Source of the DNA: a virus
Lineage: Duplodnaviria > Heunggongvirae > Uroviricota > Caudoviricetes
DNA length: 64,000 nucleotides
Virus record (IMG/VR): IMGVR_UViG_3300045988_003641
Coordinates: 25,067-89,066 of that record
Direction: 5' to 3' (one strand)
Part shown: positions 39,251-49,785 of the stretch, in pieces
How the letters are laid out: each line of letters begins with the position of its first letter
Numbering within the stretch: position 1 is the stretch's first letter
Made by a program: the position numbers and the translations under genes
Notes under the pieces: generated by a model
Database searches by the model: none
Told to the model about the DNA's origin: nothing
Seen by the model: the letters and a program-made list of their open reading frames with translations, nothing else

Positions 39251-40108
39251 ATGTCTAAAGTTGTTAAAATGAAAGCTCCGGTAGAGAAGTACAACGGTAC
39301 TGAACGTCAAACTCTGCGTTACCTGCTGAAAGATGTCTGGTTTTATTACCTGAACACTTCACCACGTCCGGGAAAAGGTAAATCTATTGACAAGAAATTC
39401 CCAGGAAAAGATTGTAACTACAGCGTATCAATTCTGGCAGAAGACGGTAACAAACTCTTTAAAGAGTTTACTAAGTCTAAGAAGAACCCAGAAGGTTGGG
39501 ATAAAGTTACTACTGAAGCAGTTGATGCAGATGACTTCGAAGAGAAGTTTGGCTGCAAACCACCATTTGAAGCAGACACTTACTACATCTTGAAAGTAAG
39601 TCGTGCAGCAGCTTATAAAGATGGTGCTGTATGGACAGCTAAACAGTCATTCCCTGTAATGCTGATTGAAGAAGTGAATGGTAAGCGTGTAGCTGTTAAG
39701 CAGCCGATGAAGAAAATTAAAGCTCAAGCATCTGATAAACACGAAGATGACAAGAACTATGATGTAATTCATCCAGATATTGCAGTTGGTAACGGTTCTT
39801 TTGGTAGTGTGATTCTCTCTACTCACTTCTACACTTTTGAGAACAATGTTCTGACAAAACCTATTCAGGAACAGTTTATCATTGATACCCTTGTACCTTA
39901 CACTGGTGGTAACGGTGCTAATGGTGAACCTGAACTGGATGAAGATGAACTGGCTATGCTTGGTCTTGATGGTGTCGAAGATAACGGTGAAATCACTGAA
40001 GAAGACGCAACAGACCATAAATCTTCGAATGATTCTGATGATGGTGATGATGAAGATTTGCCAGACCCAGATGACGAAGAAGATGAAGACTTCGATACAG
40101 AAGATTAA
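39251..40108 (+). CDS. single-stranded DNA-binding protein (putative, gp2.5-like)
   Basis: 285 aa; strongly acidic C-terminal tail (DDEEDEDFDTED) typical of phage SSBs; between primase-helicase and exonuclease. Confidence 0.5.
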   Translation: MSKVVKMKAPVEKYNGTERQTLRYLLKDVWFYYLNTSPRPGKGKSIDKKFPGKDCNYSVSILAEDGNKLFKEFTKSKKNPEGWDKVTTEAVDADDFEEKFGCKPPFEADTYYILKVSRAAAYKDGAVWTAKQSFPVMLIEEVNGKRVAVKQPMKKIKAQASDKHEDDKNYDVIHPDIAVGNGSFGSVILSTHFYTFENNVLTKPIQEQFIIDTLVPYTGGNGANGEPELDEDELAMLGLDGVEDNGEITEEDATDHKSSNDSDDGDDEDLPDPDDEEDEDFDTED

Positions 40109-40125
40109 TCTCTAAAGTTACTTTA

Positions 40126-40155
40126 AAGCCCTGTACTCCGTATGGGGCTTTTTCA
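40126..40155 (+). terminator. putative terminator
   Basis: stem AAGCCC/GGGGCTT followed by TTTTT. Confidence 0.4.
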
Positions 40156-40169
40156 TATGGAGAGCCATA

Positions 40170-41210
40170 ATGGAGAAGTACACATTAACAAAACTTCCCG
40201 ATTCAGTTACACATGTCTTTATTGACTCTGACAGTATTGCCTATAAAGGTGCTTGTGTAGTTGAGAAAGCAAAATATAAATACGTCAATAAACTCACAGC
40301 AGAAGAATCTGAACCATTTGACAATGCGAAAGATGCTGCAAGATGGTTAGCAGACCAGAGAATCCTTGTGGAAGAACTTGGCCTGACATTTGATGAAGAT
40401 GAATGGGAAAGACAGACTTGGAAAGAAGCTAAGAGTGAAAAAGAAGCTATCATGGCTACTCAACAGGTGCTTCAGGAATGGCTTAAGGTTGTTGGTAAAG
40501 AAAGAACTTGGGTAGGTTATTTAACAGAGAAAGGTGTGCATAAACATAAAGACATTAAAGGTCTTGAGCACCAATATCAAGGTAACCGTAAAGATGCTGT
40601 CACACCAACACACTTAGTTGCTTGTCGTGAATACCTTTTATCCAGACCAGAGTTCAAGCTCTTAAAGGGGGGCTTCGAAGCCGATTCAATCGTAATTGCT
40701 AAAGCTGAAAAGATGGGTAAGAAGGCTGCTCTTATGAGTATTGATAAAGACCTTCGACAAGCTGAAGGAACTTATTGTATTGATATGACTTATGAAAAAT
40801 CACCACTAATCTTTATTGCTGATAATAATGTTGGTGATATCTGGGATTGTCCTATCAAATCAAAACCAAAAGCTGCAAAAACAGTTGGTGTAGGTTTTAA
40901 GTTCTTGTGCTATCAGGCTGTTGCTGGAGATAATGCAGACAACTACTTCGGACTTAAAGGTGCTGGTAAAGTAGCTGTGATGAATGCTTTAGATGGTAAA
41001 GAGACCTACAAAGAGTGTCTTGATGCTATCTATGAACTCTATGCTAAAAAAGACTCTTATACCTATGTGTCATGGGATGGACAGACTGTTACAAAGACAC
41101 CGTTAGAGTTAATGGAACAGCATTTCTGGATAGCATATCAAGAGAGAAATCCAAAAGACAATTTCTCTTTCAAGAAATATAATTGGGAGCCGTGTATGAA
41201 TGAAGATTAA
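40170..41210 (+). CDS. 5'-3' exonuclease (T7 gp6-like, FEN family)
   Basis: 346 aa; acidic clusters IDSDSIAY, SIDKDLRQ, AGDNADNYFG arranged as in T7 gene 6 exonuclease. Confidence 0.55.
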   Translation: MEKYTLTKLPDSVTHVFIDSDSIAYKGACVVEKAKYKYVNKLTAEESEPFDNAKDAARWLADQRILVEELGLTFDEDEWERQTWKEAKSEKEAIMATQQVLQEWLKVVGKERTWVGYLTEKGVHKHKDIKGLEHQYQGNRKDAVTPTHLVACREYLLSRPEFKLLKGGFEADSIVIAKAEKMGKKAALMSIDKDLRQAEGTYCIDMTYEKSPLIFIADNNVGDIWDCPIKSKPKAAKTVGVGFKFLCYQAVAGDNADNYFGLKGAGKVAVMNALDGKETYKECLDAIYELYAKKDSYTYVSWDGQTVTKTPLELMEQHFWIAYQERNPKDNFSFKKYNWEPCMNED

Positions 41211-41697
41211 AGGATTTGGCAATTGCCCTACCTACGGTCATTGGGTATCTTTATGTGGGGAAGTTGACCCCACTAAACATTTTGGCTTTGTCTATTTAGT
41301 ACACTGTAAGAAGACTGGACAATATTATATAGGAAAGAAACAGCTTAACAGTGTGACCAAAAGAAAAGTTGCTGGGAAGACTCGGAAGAAGGTAGTCACT
41401 AAGGAAAGTGATTGGATGACTTACGAAACCTCTTCTGAGTATATTAAAAAAGATATTGAGAGCTTTGGAAAAGAATTTTTTGACTTTTACATTATTCAGA
41501 CCTACTACACAAAAGGTGGCCTAGTCTATGGTGAAGCAAACCTTCAACATAAATTCGATGTAATGACAAAAAGGATTGACTCGAAGCTCAGACTCTTCTA
41601 CAATGCCAATATTGCAGCAATTAAGTTTATTACTAAAGAAACTTATGAAGATGCTGAAAAAAGAATCCATAAGGTAATGAAAGCAAATTGTGCTTGA
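41200..41697 (+). CDS. GIY-YIG domain nuclease (putative)
   Basis: 165 aa; FVYLVHCKKTGQYYIGKK matches GIY-(10)-YIG spacing. Confidence 0.4.
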   Translation: MKIKGFGNCPTYGHWVSLCGEVDPTKHFGFVYLVHCKKTGQYYIGKKQLNSVTKRKVAGKTRKKVVTKESDWMTYETSSEYIKKDIESFGKEFFDFYIIQTYYTKGGLVYGEANLQHKFDVMTKRIDSKLRLFYNANIAAIKFITKETYEDAEKRIHKVMKANCA

Positions 41698-41703
41698 TAA
41701 CTA

Positions 41704-41967
41704 TTGAGAGAGAATAAAATGTTTAACAAAAGCAAAGCTGTGAGTCATGTAGCAAAAGTTGACAGCAAGATTGAAGAACTTGAGCGCATCCTTGCAAATG
41801 CCAGAGAGTCAATAATCAAAGAAGTTGAAGCTGTTGAATCTCAAATGCAGCACCTAATGCTTAAACGTCAAGAGCTACGTGAGCATCTAGAATATATTGA
41901 AACACGAGAGCTAAAAGTTAACAGATATTTTAAGGAGTCCGAATGTTTAACTCAAGAGAATCAGTAA
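41704..41967 (+). CDS. hypothetical coiled-coil protein
   Basis: 87 aa. Confidence 0.3.
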   Translation: MRENKMFNKSKAVSHVAKVDSKIEELERILANARESIIKEVEAVESQMQHLMLKRQELREHLEYIETRELKVNRYFKESECLTQENQ

Positions 41968-42698
41968 AAAACTGGAACCTTCGTTGTGGAAACACTCAAA
42001 AGCAACCTTACAGTGATGAGTATTGGGAATCTTTAAAATCTCAATCTCTGTGTATGCTTGAAGAAGCAAAAGAGCTTGTAAAAGCAATTGAAGAGAAAGA
42101 CCCCATTGAGACACTGGATGCTCAGGCAGATTTGCAATATGTTCTTGACGGTTTGATTTACCTGTCACAACATGACCATAACGGTGCTATGAAAGCTGTT
42201 TGCCGTAATAATGACCTGAAGTACACAGATGACTATGAAGAAGCTTTAAAACGTCTTGCAGACATTGAAAAGCGTACTGGTCAAGAGTGTATTATCAGAA
42301 TGTCAGTAGTTGATGGTAAAGAGTGGTATGCGATTGTTCGTACAGCCGATGGGAAGATTATGAAGCAATCAAATCTCCCTAAAGTACAGCTTGGTGAATA
42401 CATTGTAGAGCTTGAAAGCCAAGAACTTTTTGTGGTAGTATCTGAGACATGCGTTATCTGCAAAGGTATTGTAGGTAGCTTAAAGGATTTGGGTGTAGAT
42501 GGTTTTGTAGAAGTTAATCCAATTACCTCTAAAGCAGATAAAGACTTCTGTAAAGAGAACGGACTATGGATTGCAGATATTGTCTACTATGATGGTGAGC
42601 AGTTCCATGTAACCTCATACCCGAAACTGAATTATGATGCTAATAACCTGAAGTGCTGGTTAAAAGGGGTTGGTTATAATGGATTCACAGAACATTAA
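41943..42698 (+). CDS. hypothetical protein (possible MazG-like NTP pyrophosphohydrolase N-domain)
   Basis: 251 aa; N-terminal E-x-x-E...D helical pattern; weak. Confidence 0.3.
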   Translation: MFNSRESVKNWNLRCGNTQKQPYSDEYWESLKSQSLCMLEEAKELVKAIEEKDPIETLDAQADLQYVLDGLIYLSQHDHNGAMKAVCRNNDLKYTDDYEEALKRLADIEKRTGQECIIRMSVVDGKEWYAIVRTADGKIMKQSNLPKVQLGEYIVELESQELFVVVSETCVICKGIVGSLKDLGVDGFVEVNPITSKADKDFCKENGLWIADIVYYDGEQFHVTSYPKLNYDANNLKCWLKGVGYNGFTEH

Positions 42699-43002
42699 TA
42701 AAGAGGGTGTGGCTCAAAAGAGCCACTTCTCAAACTACAATATTTCTATGACGGTGTTTATGAATGACCCGTTACTAGAAAAATATGGTGAGACTCCAGA
42801 TACACTTCTGGACAATGAACAAGTTTTAAAAGCAGTCCTATACAAATACGGGATTGATATTGAGAAAGAATATTCCTTTGAAATCTGCCAACACAGGAAT
42901 ACTTTCGGTAAAGTTGTGATGGCTCCACTCTTTATGGGTGTAGAAAGGACTGACTATGGTTGGTTGTATCTAAAAAGAAACTTGGAGAAATACCGTGTCT
43001 AA
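42670..43002 (+). CDS. hypothetical protein
   Basis: 110 aa. Confidence 0.25.
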   Translation: MVIMDSQNINKEGVAQKSHFSNYNISMTVFMNDPLLEKYGETPDTLLDNEQVLKAVLYKYGIDIEKEYSFEICQHRNTFGKVVMAPLFMGVERTDYGWLYLKRNLEKYRV

Positions 43003-43333
43003 AGCAAAAAAGCTATCTTATGATGATATTGTCTCAGGTGCTAAGTTAGGCGTTGACAGCCTCGGACAAGATGTTAAGCACGGGGACACAGTTATGTACT
43101 GTGATGACCGAAGAGGTAGAAGTGCAATCTTGTTTGGAAGAATTGTTTGCAAGATGCGAGGCAATTACGTTGTTGCAGACATGGATGTGAACGTTACACA
43201 AAAACTTGAAACACTTATGGATGATAATACATCATCATGGTTCTCCCTGAATTGTATGCACACTTCTTCAGTCACAAAAGTAAGTGATAAGTTTTACGAT
43301 ATGTGGCAGAATGAGCAAATTTTCAAGATTTAA
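42995..43333 (+). CDS. hypothetical protein
   Basis: 112 aa. Confidence 0.3.
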   Translation: MSKAKKLSYDDIVSGAKLGVDSLGQDVKHGDTVMYCDDRRGRSAILFGRIVCKMRGNYVVADMDVNVTQKLETLMDDNTSSWFSLNCMHTSSVTKVSDKFYDMWQNEQIFKI

Positions 43334-43339
43334 ACTAGG

Positions 43340-43361
43340 GAGCCTCTTCGGAGGCTCTTTT
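43340..43361 (+). terminator. rho-independent terminator (TTCG tetraloop)
   Basis: GAGCCTC-TTCG-GAGGCTC then TTTT. Confidence 0.6.
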
Positions 43362-43379
43362 CATCTGTAGGATTCGAAA

Positions 43380-45614
43380 ATGATTAAGACAATTAAAAAA
43401 TCAAATGGTACAGTAGTAAGCTTTGACCCAGAAAGACTGAATAAGTGGGCATCATGGGCAGATAAACGTGGAATTATCTGGTCAGAAGTCACTATGGAAG
43501 CTATGAAACGTGTCTATGAGGGTTGCACTACAAAAGAGATGCACCAAGCCATGATTGATGTTTGTGTTGATAAACAAACTCAAGAGTACTCAGATATGGC
43601 TGGACGACTGCTTTTGGGTATTATCTACAAAGAAGCATTTGGAGGATTTACTAAGGTTCCTACGCTGGTTACCTTCGTTAAAAATATGGAGAGAGCAGGA
43701 CTTTGGGAGAAGATGGACTACTCACAGGAAGAGCTTGAATACCTGCAAGGTTACATTGTGCACTCAAAAGATATCTCTTACGGTTATGCAGTCTTGAAAC
43801 AGTTCAGAGACAAGTATGGTATCCGTGATATTAAAACGGGAAGACTTTTTGAGTCACCACAATTTATGTTCATGGGTATGGCTATGAAAGCCTTTGAGAA
43901 GCAACCAAAGCACCGTAGACTGCAAGATGTTATCAAGCTGTACACTTACCTATCTGACCTGAAGATTAACGCTCCTACGCCCTATTTAAACGGGTTAAGA
44001 GCAACTAAATCAGGTTATGCGTCATGCTGTTTGATTAAGGCAAATGATACTGCTGAGTCTCTCGGTATTGCTGCAAAGGTTGCTTATGATATGACTACAA
44101 AGCAAGCTGGCATTGGGATGCTGATGGAGACTCGTACTATTGGTGATGGTATCCGTCAAAATACTATTGAGCACATGGGTAAACTACCTTATTACAAGCT
44201 TGTACGCTCATCTGTAGAGGCAAACAAACAGAAGAGTCGTGGTGGTTCAGCTAATAACTTCTACACTGCTCTAGACCCGCAGATTGAAGATTTACTGCGT
44301 TTGAAGCACCCTACAACGGTTCCTTCTAAACGTATTAATGAGATGGACTACTCATTTGGTACAAATGATTATTTCTGGCAGTGTGTTCAATATGATACAG
44401 ACTGGTTGCTATTCTCTTACAAAGATGCACCAAAACTCTATGACATGTTCTACACAGCATCTGCTGATGAGTTTGCTATGGCAGTTGGTCACGCAGTGCA
44501 TTCAGGTGTTAAGCACAGACGAGTAAAGGCTCGTGAAATTGCTAAACTGTTTATCCAGCAGCGTTATGCAACAGGTCGTGTGTACCCATTCTTCACGAAT
44601 AATGCAAACACACATACACCATTTAAAGAGCCTTTGAAGATGTCAAATCTTTGTATGGAAATTGTATTGCCAGTGTATGGTTTTGAGAAAGAGACAGACC
44701 TTTACAGAGATGATGCTGTGAAAGAGGATGGTGAGGTGGCTCTTTGCTTCCTAGCTAGTTTGGTTGCAGGGAGAATTTCAGAAGATGAATACGCTGACGT
44801 TGCTTATTATGCTCTTGCAATGGTTGACTCCGTTATTGACCTTATGGATTATCCGTATCCGTCGATGCGTAACCACGTTCAGAAGCGTCGTTCTGTTGGG
44901 ATTGGCCTTACAAATGTGGCTCATTACCTTGCGAAGAACTACGTGAACTACTCTTCACGAGCAGGTAAAACGAAACTTCATGAACTGGCAGAGATGCACT
45001 CTTACTATCTGCATGAAGCCTCTCTGAGACTTGCTAAAGAACGTGGCGTGCCAGAGTACATGAAGTTCACTAAGTATCCTGAAGGCTGGGTTCCTCCAAA
45101 GACAGCTAACAAGAAGATTGATGAAAAGCATGATGCAAAACTACGATATGATTGGGATGACTTAGCACAACGTATCAAAGAAAATGGTGGAATCCGAAAC
45201 TCTGTATTAGAAGCTTACATGCCTAATGAGAGTTCTTCACTGGCAACCAATACGACAAATGGTTTGTACCCAATTCGTGACTTTATTTTAACTAAAAAGT
45301 CTGCAACTGGTAACGTACTGTTTATTGTTCCAGATTATGAAGAATTGAAGTATGTCTATGAAATTGCTTGGGATATCGACACCTTTGATATGATTGACTG
45401 TTATGCAATTGTTCAAAAGTTCACTGGTCAAGCTATCTCTTCAGACTTCTATGTTGACTATGCAAAGTCTAAGAAGGTATCATTGGCTCAAGCTTTGAAG
45501 TACATGATTTATGCCAACTCGGTAGGTATGAAAACCATGTACTACCTTAACAGTCGCATTGGTGTAGGTAAATCTGCACTGCAAGATGCTTATTGCGAGG
45601 GTTGTGGTGTTTAG
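43380..45614 (+). CDS. nrdA: ribonucleotide reductase class I large subunit
   Basis: 744 aa; followed by small-subunit gene; size and conserved core consistent with NrdA. Confidence 0.8.
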   Translation: MIKTIKKSNGTVVSFDPERLNKWASWADKRGIIWSEVTMEAMKRVYEGCTTKEMHQAMIDVCVDKQTQEYSDMAGRLLLGIIYKEAFGGFTKVPTLVTFVKNMERAGLWEKMDYSQEELEYLQGYIVHSKDISYGYAVLKQFRDKYGIRDIKTGRLFESPQFMFMGMAMKAFEKQPKHRRLQDVIKLYTYLSDLKINAPTPYLNGLRATKSGYASCCLIKANDTAESLGIAAKVAYDMTTKQAGIGMLMETRTIGDGIRQNTIEHMGKLPYYKLVRSSVEANKQKSRGGSANNFYTALDPQIEDLLRLKHPTTVPSKRINEMDYSFGTNDYFWQCVQYDTDWLLFSYKDAPKLYDMFYTASADEFAMAVGHAVHSGVKHRRVKAREIAKLFIQQRYATGRVYPFFTNNANTHTPFKEPLKMSNLCMEIVLPVYGFEKETDLYRDDAVKEDGEVALCFLASLVAGRISEDEYADVAYYALAMVDSVIDLMDYPYPSMRNHVQKRRSVGIGLTNVAHYLAKNYVNYSSRAGKTKLHELAEMHSYYLHEASLRLAKERGVPEYMKFTKYPEGWVPPKTANKKIDEKHDAKLRYDWDDLAQRIKENGGIRNSVLEAYMPNESSSLATNTTNGLYPIRDFILTKKSATGNVLFIVPDYEELKYVYEIAWDIDTFDMIDCYAIVQKFTGQAISSDFYVDYAKSKKVSLAQALKYMIYANSVGMKTMYYLNSRIGVGKSALQDAYCEGCGV

Positions 45615-45669
45615 TTTTAACAACTATGAGGGTCGTAAAAGACCCTCTAAAAATAACTTTGGAGAGACC

Positions 45670-45927
45670 ATGAAAGATTTAATAGAAAAACATGAGCGAC
45701 CTATATACTTGCTCCACAAGCCTCGGAAAACGATGTACTATGTGAGTAGCACAGATATGATGATAAAACAAAAGGATGACTCATGGGTTGCTGGTATCTC
45801 TTACATCTCTACAGCAGATGGTAAAATCTACGCAAGACCTTATGAGATGTTCAACAAAGAAAATTGGGAAGTTTTAGACAGAAAACAAGCCTTAGAAATG
45901 ATAAAGAAAGGAGAAATCACGCTATGA
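45670..45927 (+). CDS. hypothetical protein between nrdA and nrdB
   Basis: 85 aa from internal ATG with GGAGAG site; ORF track start 45586 overlaps nrdA. Confidence 0.3.
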   Translation: MKDLIEKHERPIYLLHKPRKTMYYVSSTDMMIKQKDDSWVAGISYISTADGKIYARPYEMFNKENWEVLDRKQALEMIKKGEITL

Positions 45928-46997
45928 TTAACCAGCACCCAATCTTTTTAGGTGGTGAGAGAAAAACTTTTGACTCACTTAATAAACACTACCCAAAAAT
46001 CTTTGAACTTTATAAACAACAAAAAGCACAAGACTGGTCAGAAGATGAGTTCACTTTTGAACAATCACGTCTTGATTTTGAGAGTGTCCCAGCATCAATG
46101 TCAGGTGTAATGCTTGAGATTCTTAAGTGGCAGTGGGAAGCAGATACTCAAGTTGCTAAGAGCTTGGCATTTGCCTTTGCACCATTTATCTCTGATGACA
46201 TCTATGCAACTGCAATTATGAAGCAGTCTGAGATTGAAAACCTACATGCCCTTACTTACTCAGAGATTGTAAGGCAATGTATTAAAAACCCTGAAACAAT
46301 CTTAGATGAGATTAACCAGAATGTTGCTGTGCAAGACCGATTAAAAACTGTGAATCGTGTTCTTGAAGAATTACTGGATGAAGGTATAAACTATCGTCTG
46401 AGTTATGTGCGTGATTCACTTCTGGACAAAGACCCTTTACACTTCCATAAAGTGATTCTGAAAGGGCTGTTTGCAGTGACTGCACTTGAAGGTATATCTT
46501 TTATGGCATCCTTTGCATGTACTTTTGCACTTGATGCTCAAGATAAATTTCAGGGTATTGCTCAAGCTGTGCAGAAGATTATGCTTGATGAAATCCTTCA
46601 CACTAAAATTGATATTGAAGTTTTAAAAGAAACTTTAAGAGATGATGAGTGGCAGAAAGCTTTTCAACAAATTCTTCCAGAGATTAAAGTAATCTTAGAT
46701 GAAGTAGTTGAAAGTGAAGAGAAATGGTCGTATTATATCTTCTCCGAAGGACGTGCTGTAGTTGGCTTAAATACAAAGCTTCTTCATGAGTGGGTTTACT
46801 ATAATGCTGCCCCACTGTATGATATGTTTGGCATTCCCAGAGATTTTGTAGCTCCTAAAGAACCACCTTTGAAGTACATGATTAAGAAGATGGAAATTGA
46901 TAAAGAGCAGAATGCTAATCAGGAGCAACAGAACGGTGCGTACCTATTGAATACTGTTGTAGATGATTTGAATAGTGGATTTTTAGAGGTTCCTTAA
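45924..46997 (+). CDS. nrdB: ribonucleotide reductase class I small subunit
   Basis: ~357 aa from ATG preceded by AAGGAGA; ferritin-like helical protein adjacent to nrdA. Confidence 0.8.
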   Translation: MINQHPIFLGGERKTFDSLNKHYPKIFELYKQQKAQDWSEDEFTFEQSRLDFESVPASMSGVMLEILKWQWEADTQVAKSLAFAFAPFISDDIYATAIMKQSEIENLHALTYSEIVRQCIKNPETILDEINQNVAVQDRLKTVNRVLEELLDEGINYRLSYVRDSLLDKDPLHFHKVILKGLFAVTALEGISFMASFACTFALDAQDKFQGIAQAVQKIMLDEILHTKIDIEVLKETLRDDEWQKAFQQILPEIKVILDEVVESEEKWSYYIFSEGRAVVGLNTKLLHEWVYYNAAPLYDMFGIPRDFVAPKEPPLKYMIKKMEIDKEQNANQEQQNGAYLLNTVVDDLNSGFLEVP

Positions 46998-47239
46998 TGA
47001 CTTATGTAATTTACTCCAAAACTGGATGCCCTCAGTGCGAGACTGCAAAGAATTTTGCAAAAGCTCGTGGTATTGACCATGTTGTGAGAATGTTAGGGCA
47101 GGACTATGAACTATCAGACCTGATTGATATTGCACAGATGCCAGTTCGTCAGATGCCATTCATCATGAAAACTGATGGGCAAAACCTAAAACCTGTTGGT
47201 ACGCTACAGAATTTTATGGCAGAGGTGAATAATGCTTAA
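46997..47239 (+). CDS. glutaredoxin/NrdH-like redoxin
   Basis: 80 aa; CPQC active-site motif; coupled to nrdB. Confidence 0.55.
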   Translation: MTYVIYSKTGCPQCETAKNFAKARGIDHVVRMLGQDYELSDLIDIAQMPVRQMPFIMKTDGQNLKPVGTLQNFMAEVNNA

Positions 47240-47438
47240 ACGCATTTGGGAAGGTTTGTTTGTTGATGCACCAGCTATTGTGATTGGTATGCTTATCGTT
47301 AACCTATTTACTGACTTTGAACAAGGTTCATTGTTTGGAGCCATGTTACTATGGGTTATCTTCGAAATATTAGAGATACAGTTAGGTATCACTGAAAAAC
47401 TAAGAGAACTCTTTGCGAAGTTTTCTAAAAAGATTTAA
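47232..47438 (+). CDS. small membrane protein
   Basis: 68 aa, hydrophobic. Confidence 0.25.
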   Translation: MLKRIWEGLFVDAPAIVIGMLIVNLFTDFEQGSLFGAMLLWVIFEILEIQLGITEKLRELFAKFSKKI

Positions 47439-47445
47439 AATGAAA

Positions 47446-47467
47446 GGGTCTCTTCGGAGACCTTTTT
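47446..47467 (+). terminator. rho-independent terminator (TTCG tetraloop)
   Basis: GGGTCTC-TTCG-GAGACC then TTTTT. Confidence 0.6.
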
Positions 47468-47486
47468 AGCATGTAAAGGGGCAATA

Positions 47487-49631
47487 ATGAACAAAGTACA
47501 GATTATTAAAAAGAATGGCTCACTTGAAGAACCTGATATCAAAAAAGTTTTAGCAGCAGTCACAAAGTCAGCTAACAGAGTTGGTTATAAAGAGCTTCCA
47601 CCAGATGTTACTCAAGCTCTTGAGTCAGCATTTATGAGGATTCTGGTAAAGTCCACTAAGCAGAATAATTTGCTAATTTCGGTAAATGATATTCACAGTA
47701 TTGTTGAGGGTGCTTTGGCAGAAGTCAATCACGAGATTTATGAGTCTTACTCAACATATAGAAATTACCGTAAAGAGGTTGCTCAAAATTGGGATGAACT
47801 CTACCAGAAGACCAAAGATACACTCTTCTTAGGCGACCGAGAAAACGCTAATTTTGACAGCAGTTTAATTTCTACAAAAGGCTCAATTATTCGTGGTTAC
47901 CTGACTAAAGAAATCTTTAAACAGTACCATTTAACACCAGAGGAACTTGAAGCCATTGAAAAAGGATTTATCTATATCCATGATTTAAGAGACCTAATTT
48001 TTGGTGGTATCAACTGTTGCCTGTTTGACATTGGTAAAGTCCTGAAAGGTGGCTTTGAAATGTCTGGCATCGAATATTGTGAACCGAAGTCTGTGCTGTC
48101 AGCCTTACAGGTTATTGGTGATGTAGTTCTTTCAGCAACTGCACAGCAATTTGGTGGCTTTACTTTAGCAGAGATTGATAAGGTACTTGTACCGTATGCT
48201 AAGAAGTCTCTACGCTATCATGCTGAGAAAGCAGCATCTTATGGTATTCCTAAAGAACATTACCATAATTATGTCATGGAGCAGCTACAGATTGAATTAA
48301 CTCAAGGTTTTCAGTCACTTGAAATGAAACTGAACACTGTACCTTGCAGCCGTGGTGATTTCGCATTCACAACTTTAACATTCGGGTTACTTGACTCAGA
48401 TATGTCTAATGAAGACAACCGACTACAATACATGATTGCAAGTACTCTCCTAGATGTTCGTATGAATGGACAAGGTAAGAGCAAGAAGCCTGTTGTATTT
48501 CCTAAACTGGTTTATATTTATGACCAGAAGAGACATGATGAAAATATCTGTCAAGGTCACCTGTACAGTAAAGCTATTGAGTGTTGCTCTAAAGCAATGT
48601 ATCCAGATTTCTTAAGTGTATCTGGTCATGGTGCTGTAGCAGAGGCTTTTGAGCGTTCTGGCAAGGTTATTTCGCCGATGGGTTGCCGAGCGTTCTTATC
48701 TCCGTATCTTAACGAGAATGAGGAAGAGTTCTACGTTGGTCGTGCTAACATTGGTGCTGTATCTTTGAACTTACCAATGATTTACCAGTATTCTAAAGAG
48801 AATGGTTTAGATTTCTGGAAAGAGCTTGATAAGTACCTAGAGATGATTCGCAGCTTCCACAAGAAACGTTACGAAATGATTGCTAATATGCCAGCAAGTT
48901 CTAACCCTCTTGCATTCACACAAGGTGGTCTGTACAAAGGGACTAAGAAACCTACTGACAGGGTTGGTTGGGATATTGTGAAATCCTTCACAGCTTCTTT
49001 TGGGGTTACTGCTCTTGATGAGCTGTCTGTTCTTGCTGAAGGTAAACGACTTCATGAAGTTGGAAGCTATAGTTTTGCATACGATGTTCTGGCATACATT
49101 AACATGAAAACTGAAGAGTTTAAGAACGAAGATGGCTTCCTGTATGCGGTATATGGCACTCCAGCAGAATCACTTTGTGGAACTCAGTTAAAACAGTTCA
49201 GGGATATGTTTGGTGTTATTAAAGGTGTCTCTGACAAGGAATACTTTACAAACAGTTTCCATATGAATGTTGCAGCAGACATCTCACCATTTGATAAGCA
49301 GGACTTAGAAGAACCATTCTTCCATATCTGTAGAGGTGGCAGAATCCAGTATGTAAGGGTAGCTAACCCAGAAAACTTACCAGCACTTAAAAGTTGTATT
49401 ACCAGAGGGATGTTGAAAGGTTTTTATCAGGGACTTAACTTTGACTTAGCAATCTGTGAGCATTGTGGTAACAGACCAAAATCAGATGTTGAAGAGTGTG
49501 AAGTTTGTCACTCACATGATATCTCTGTGATTAACAGAGTGTGTGGGTATCTTGGATGGACTAAGATTAAAGGTGAATCCCGAATGAACGATGCAAAAAT
49601 CGCTGAGATTCGTGATAGAGTCTCTATGTAA
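47487..49631 (+). CDS. nrdD: anaerobic ribonucleotide reductase (class III)
   Basis: 714 aa; C-terminal Cys4 cluster CEHCG...CEVC and glycyl-radical motif RVCGYLG. Confidence 0.85.
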   Translation: MNKVQIIKKNGSLEEPDIKKVLAAVTKSANRVGYKELPPDVTQALESAFMRILVKSTKQNNLLISVNDIHSIVEGALAEVNHEIYESYSTYRNYRKEVAQNWDELYQKTKDTLFLGDRENANFDSSLISTKGSIIRGYLTKEIFKQYHLTPEELEAIEKGFIYIHDLRDLIFGGINCCLFDIGKVLKGGFEMSGIEYCEPKSVLSALQVIGDVVLSATAQQFGGFTLAEIDKVLVPYAKKSLRYHAEKAASYGIPKEHYHNYVMEQLQIELTQGFQSLEMKLNTVPCSRGDFAFTTLTFGLLDSDMSNEDNRLQYMIASTLLDVRMNGQGKSKKPVVFPKLVYIYDQKRHDENICQGHLYSKAIECCSKAMYPDFLSVSGHGAVAEAFERSGKVISPMGCRAFLSPYLNENEEEFYVGRANIGAVSLNLPMIYQYSKENGLDFWKELDKYLEMIRSFHKKRYEMIANMPASSNPLAFTQGGLYKGTKKPTDRVGWDIVKSFTASFGVTALDELSVLAEGKRLHEVGSYSFAYDVLAYINMKTEEFKNEDGFLYAVYGTPAESLCGTQLKQFRDMFGVIKGVSDKEYFTNSFHMNVAADISPFDKQDLEEPFFHICRGGRIQYVRVANPENLPALKSCITRGMLKGFYQGLNFDLAICEHCGNRPKSDVEECEVCHSHDISVINRVCGYLGWTKIKGESRMNDAKIAEIRDRVSM

Positions 49632-49640
49632 AACTTGACA

Positions 49641-49680
49641 AGGTGATGTGGGTCTTGATAGGCTTACATCACCTTTTTTA
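49641..49680 (+). terminator. putative terminator after nrdD
   Basis: AGGTGATGT...ACATCACCT stem followed by TTTTT. Confidence 0.5.
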
Positions 49681-49785
49681 TTGGATGTTAGATATGGCAG
49701 AAAGTATTATTGGGTTGTTCATAGGTTCTGTCTCACTAGGGTTCTTTTTAGGACTCTCTTATTGTGAATTGAAAGGTAAGTTAAA

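Noticed and set aside
31591-49631. Inteins or group I introns in polymerase, nrdA, nrdB, nrdD or thyA
   Set aside because: All are uninterrupted ORFs of typical length with catalytic motifs in expected order; no large insertion observed.
49641-49680. Promoter reading of TTGACA at 49635 followed by hairpin
   Set aside because: No acceptable -10 at 16-18 bp; the hairpin plus T-run directly after nrdD is better explained as a terminator, though the shared 13-mer with 34361-34373 is noted in findings.
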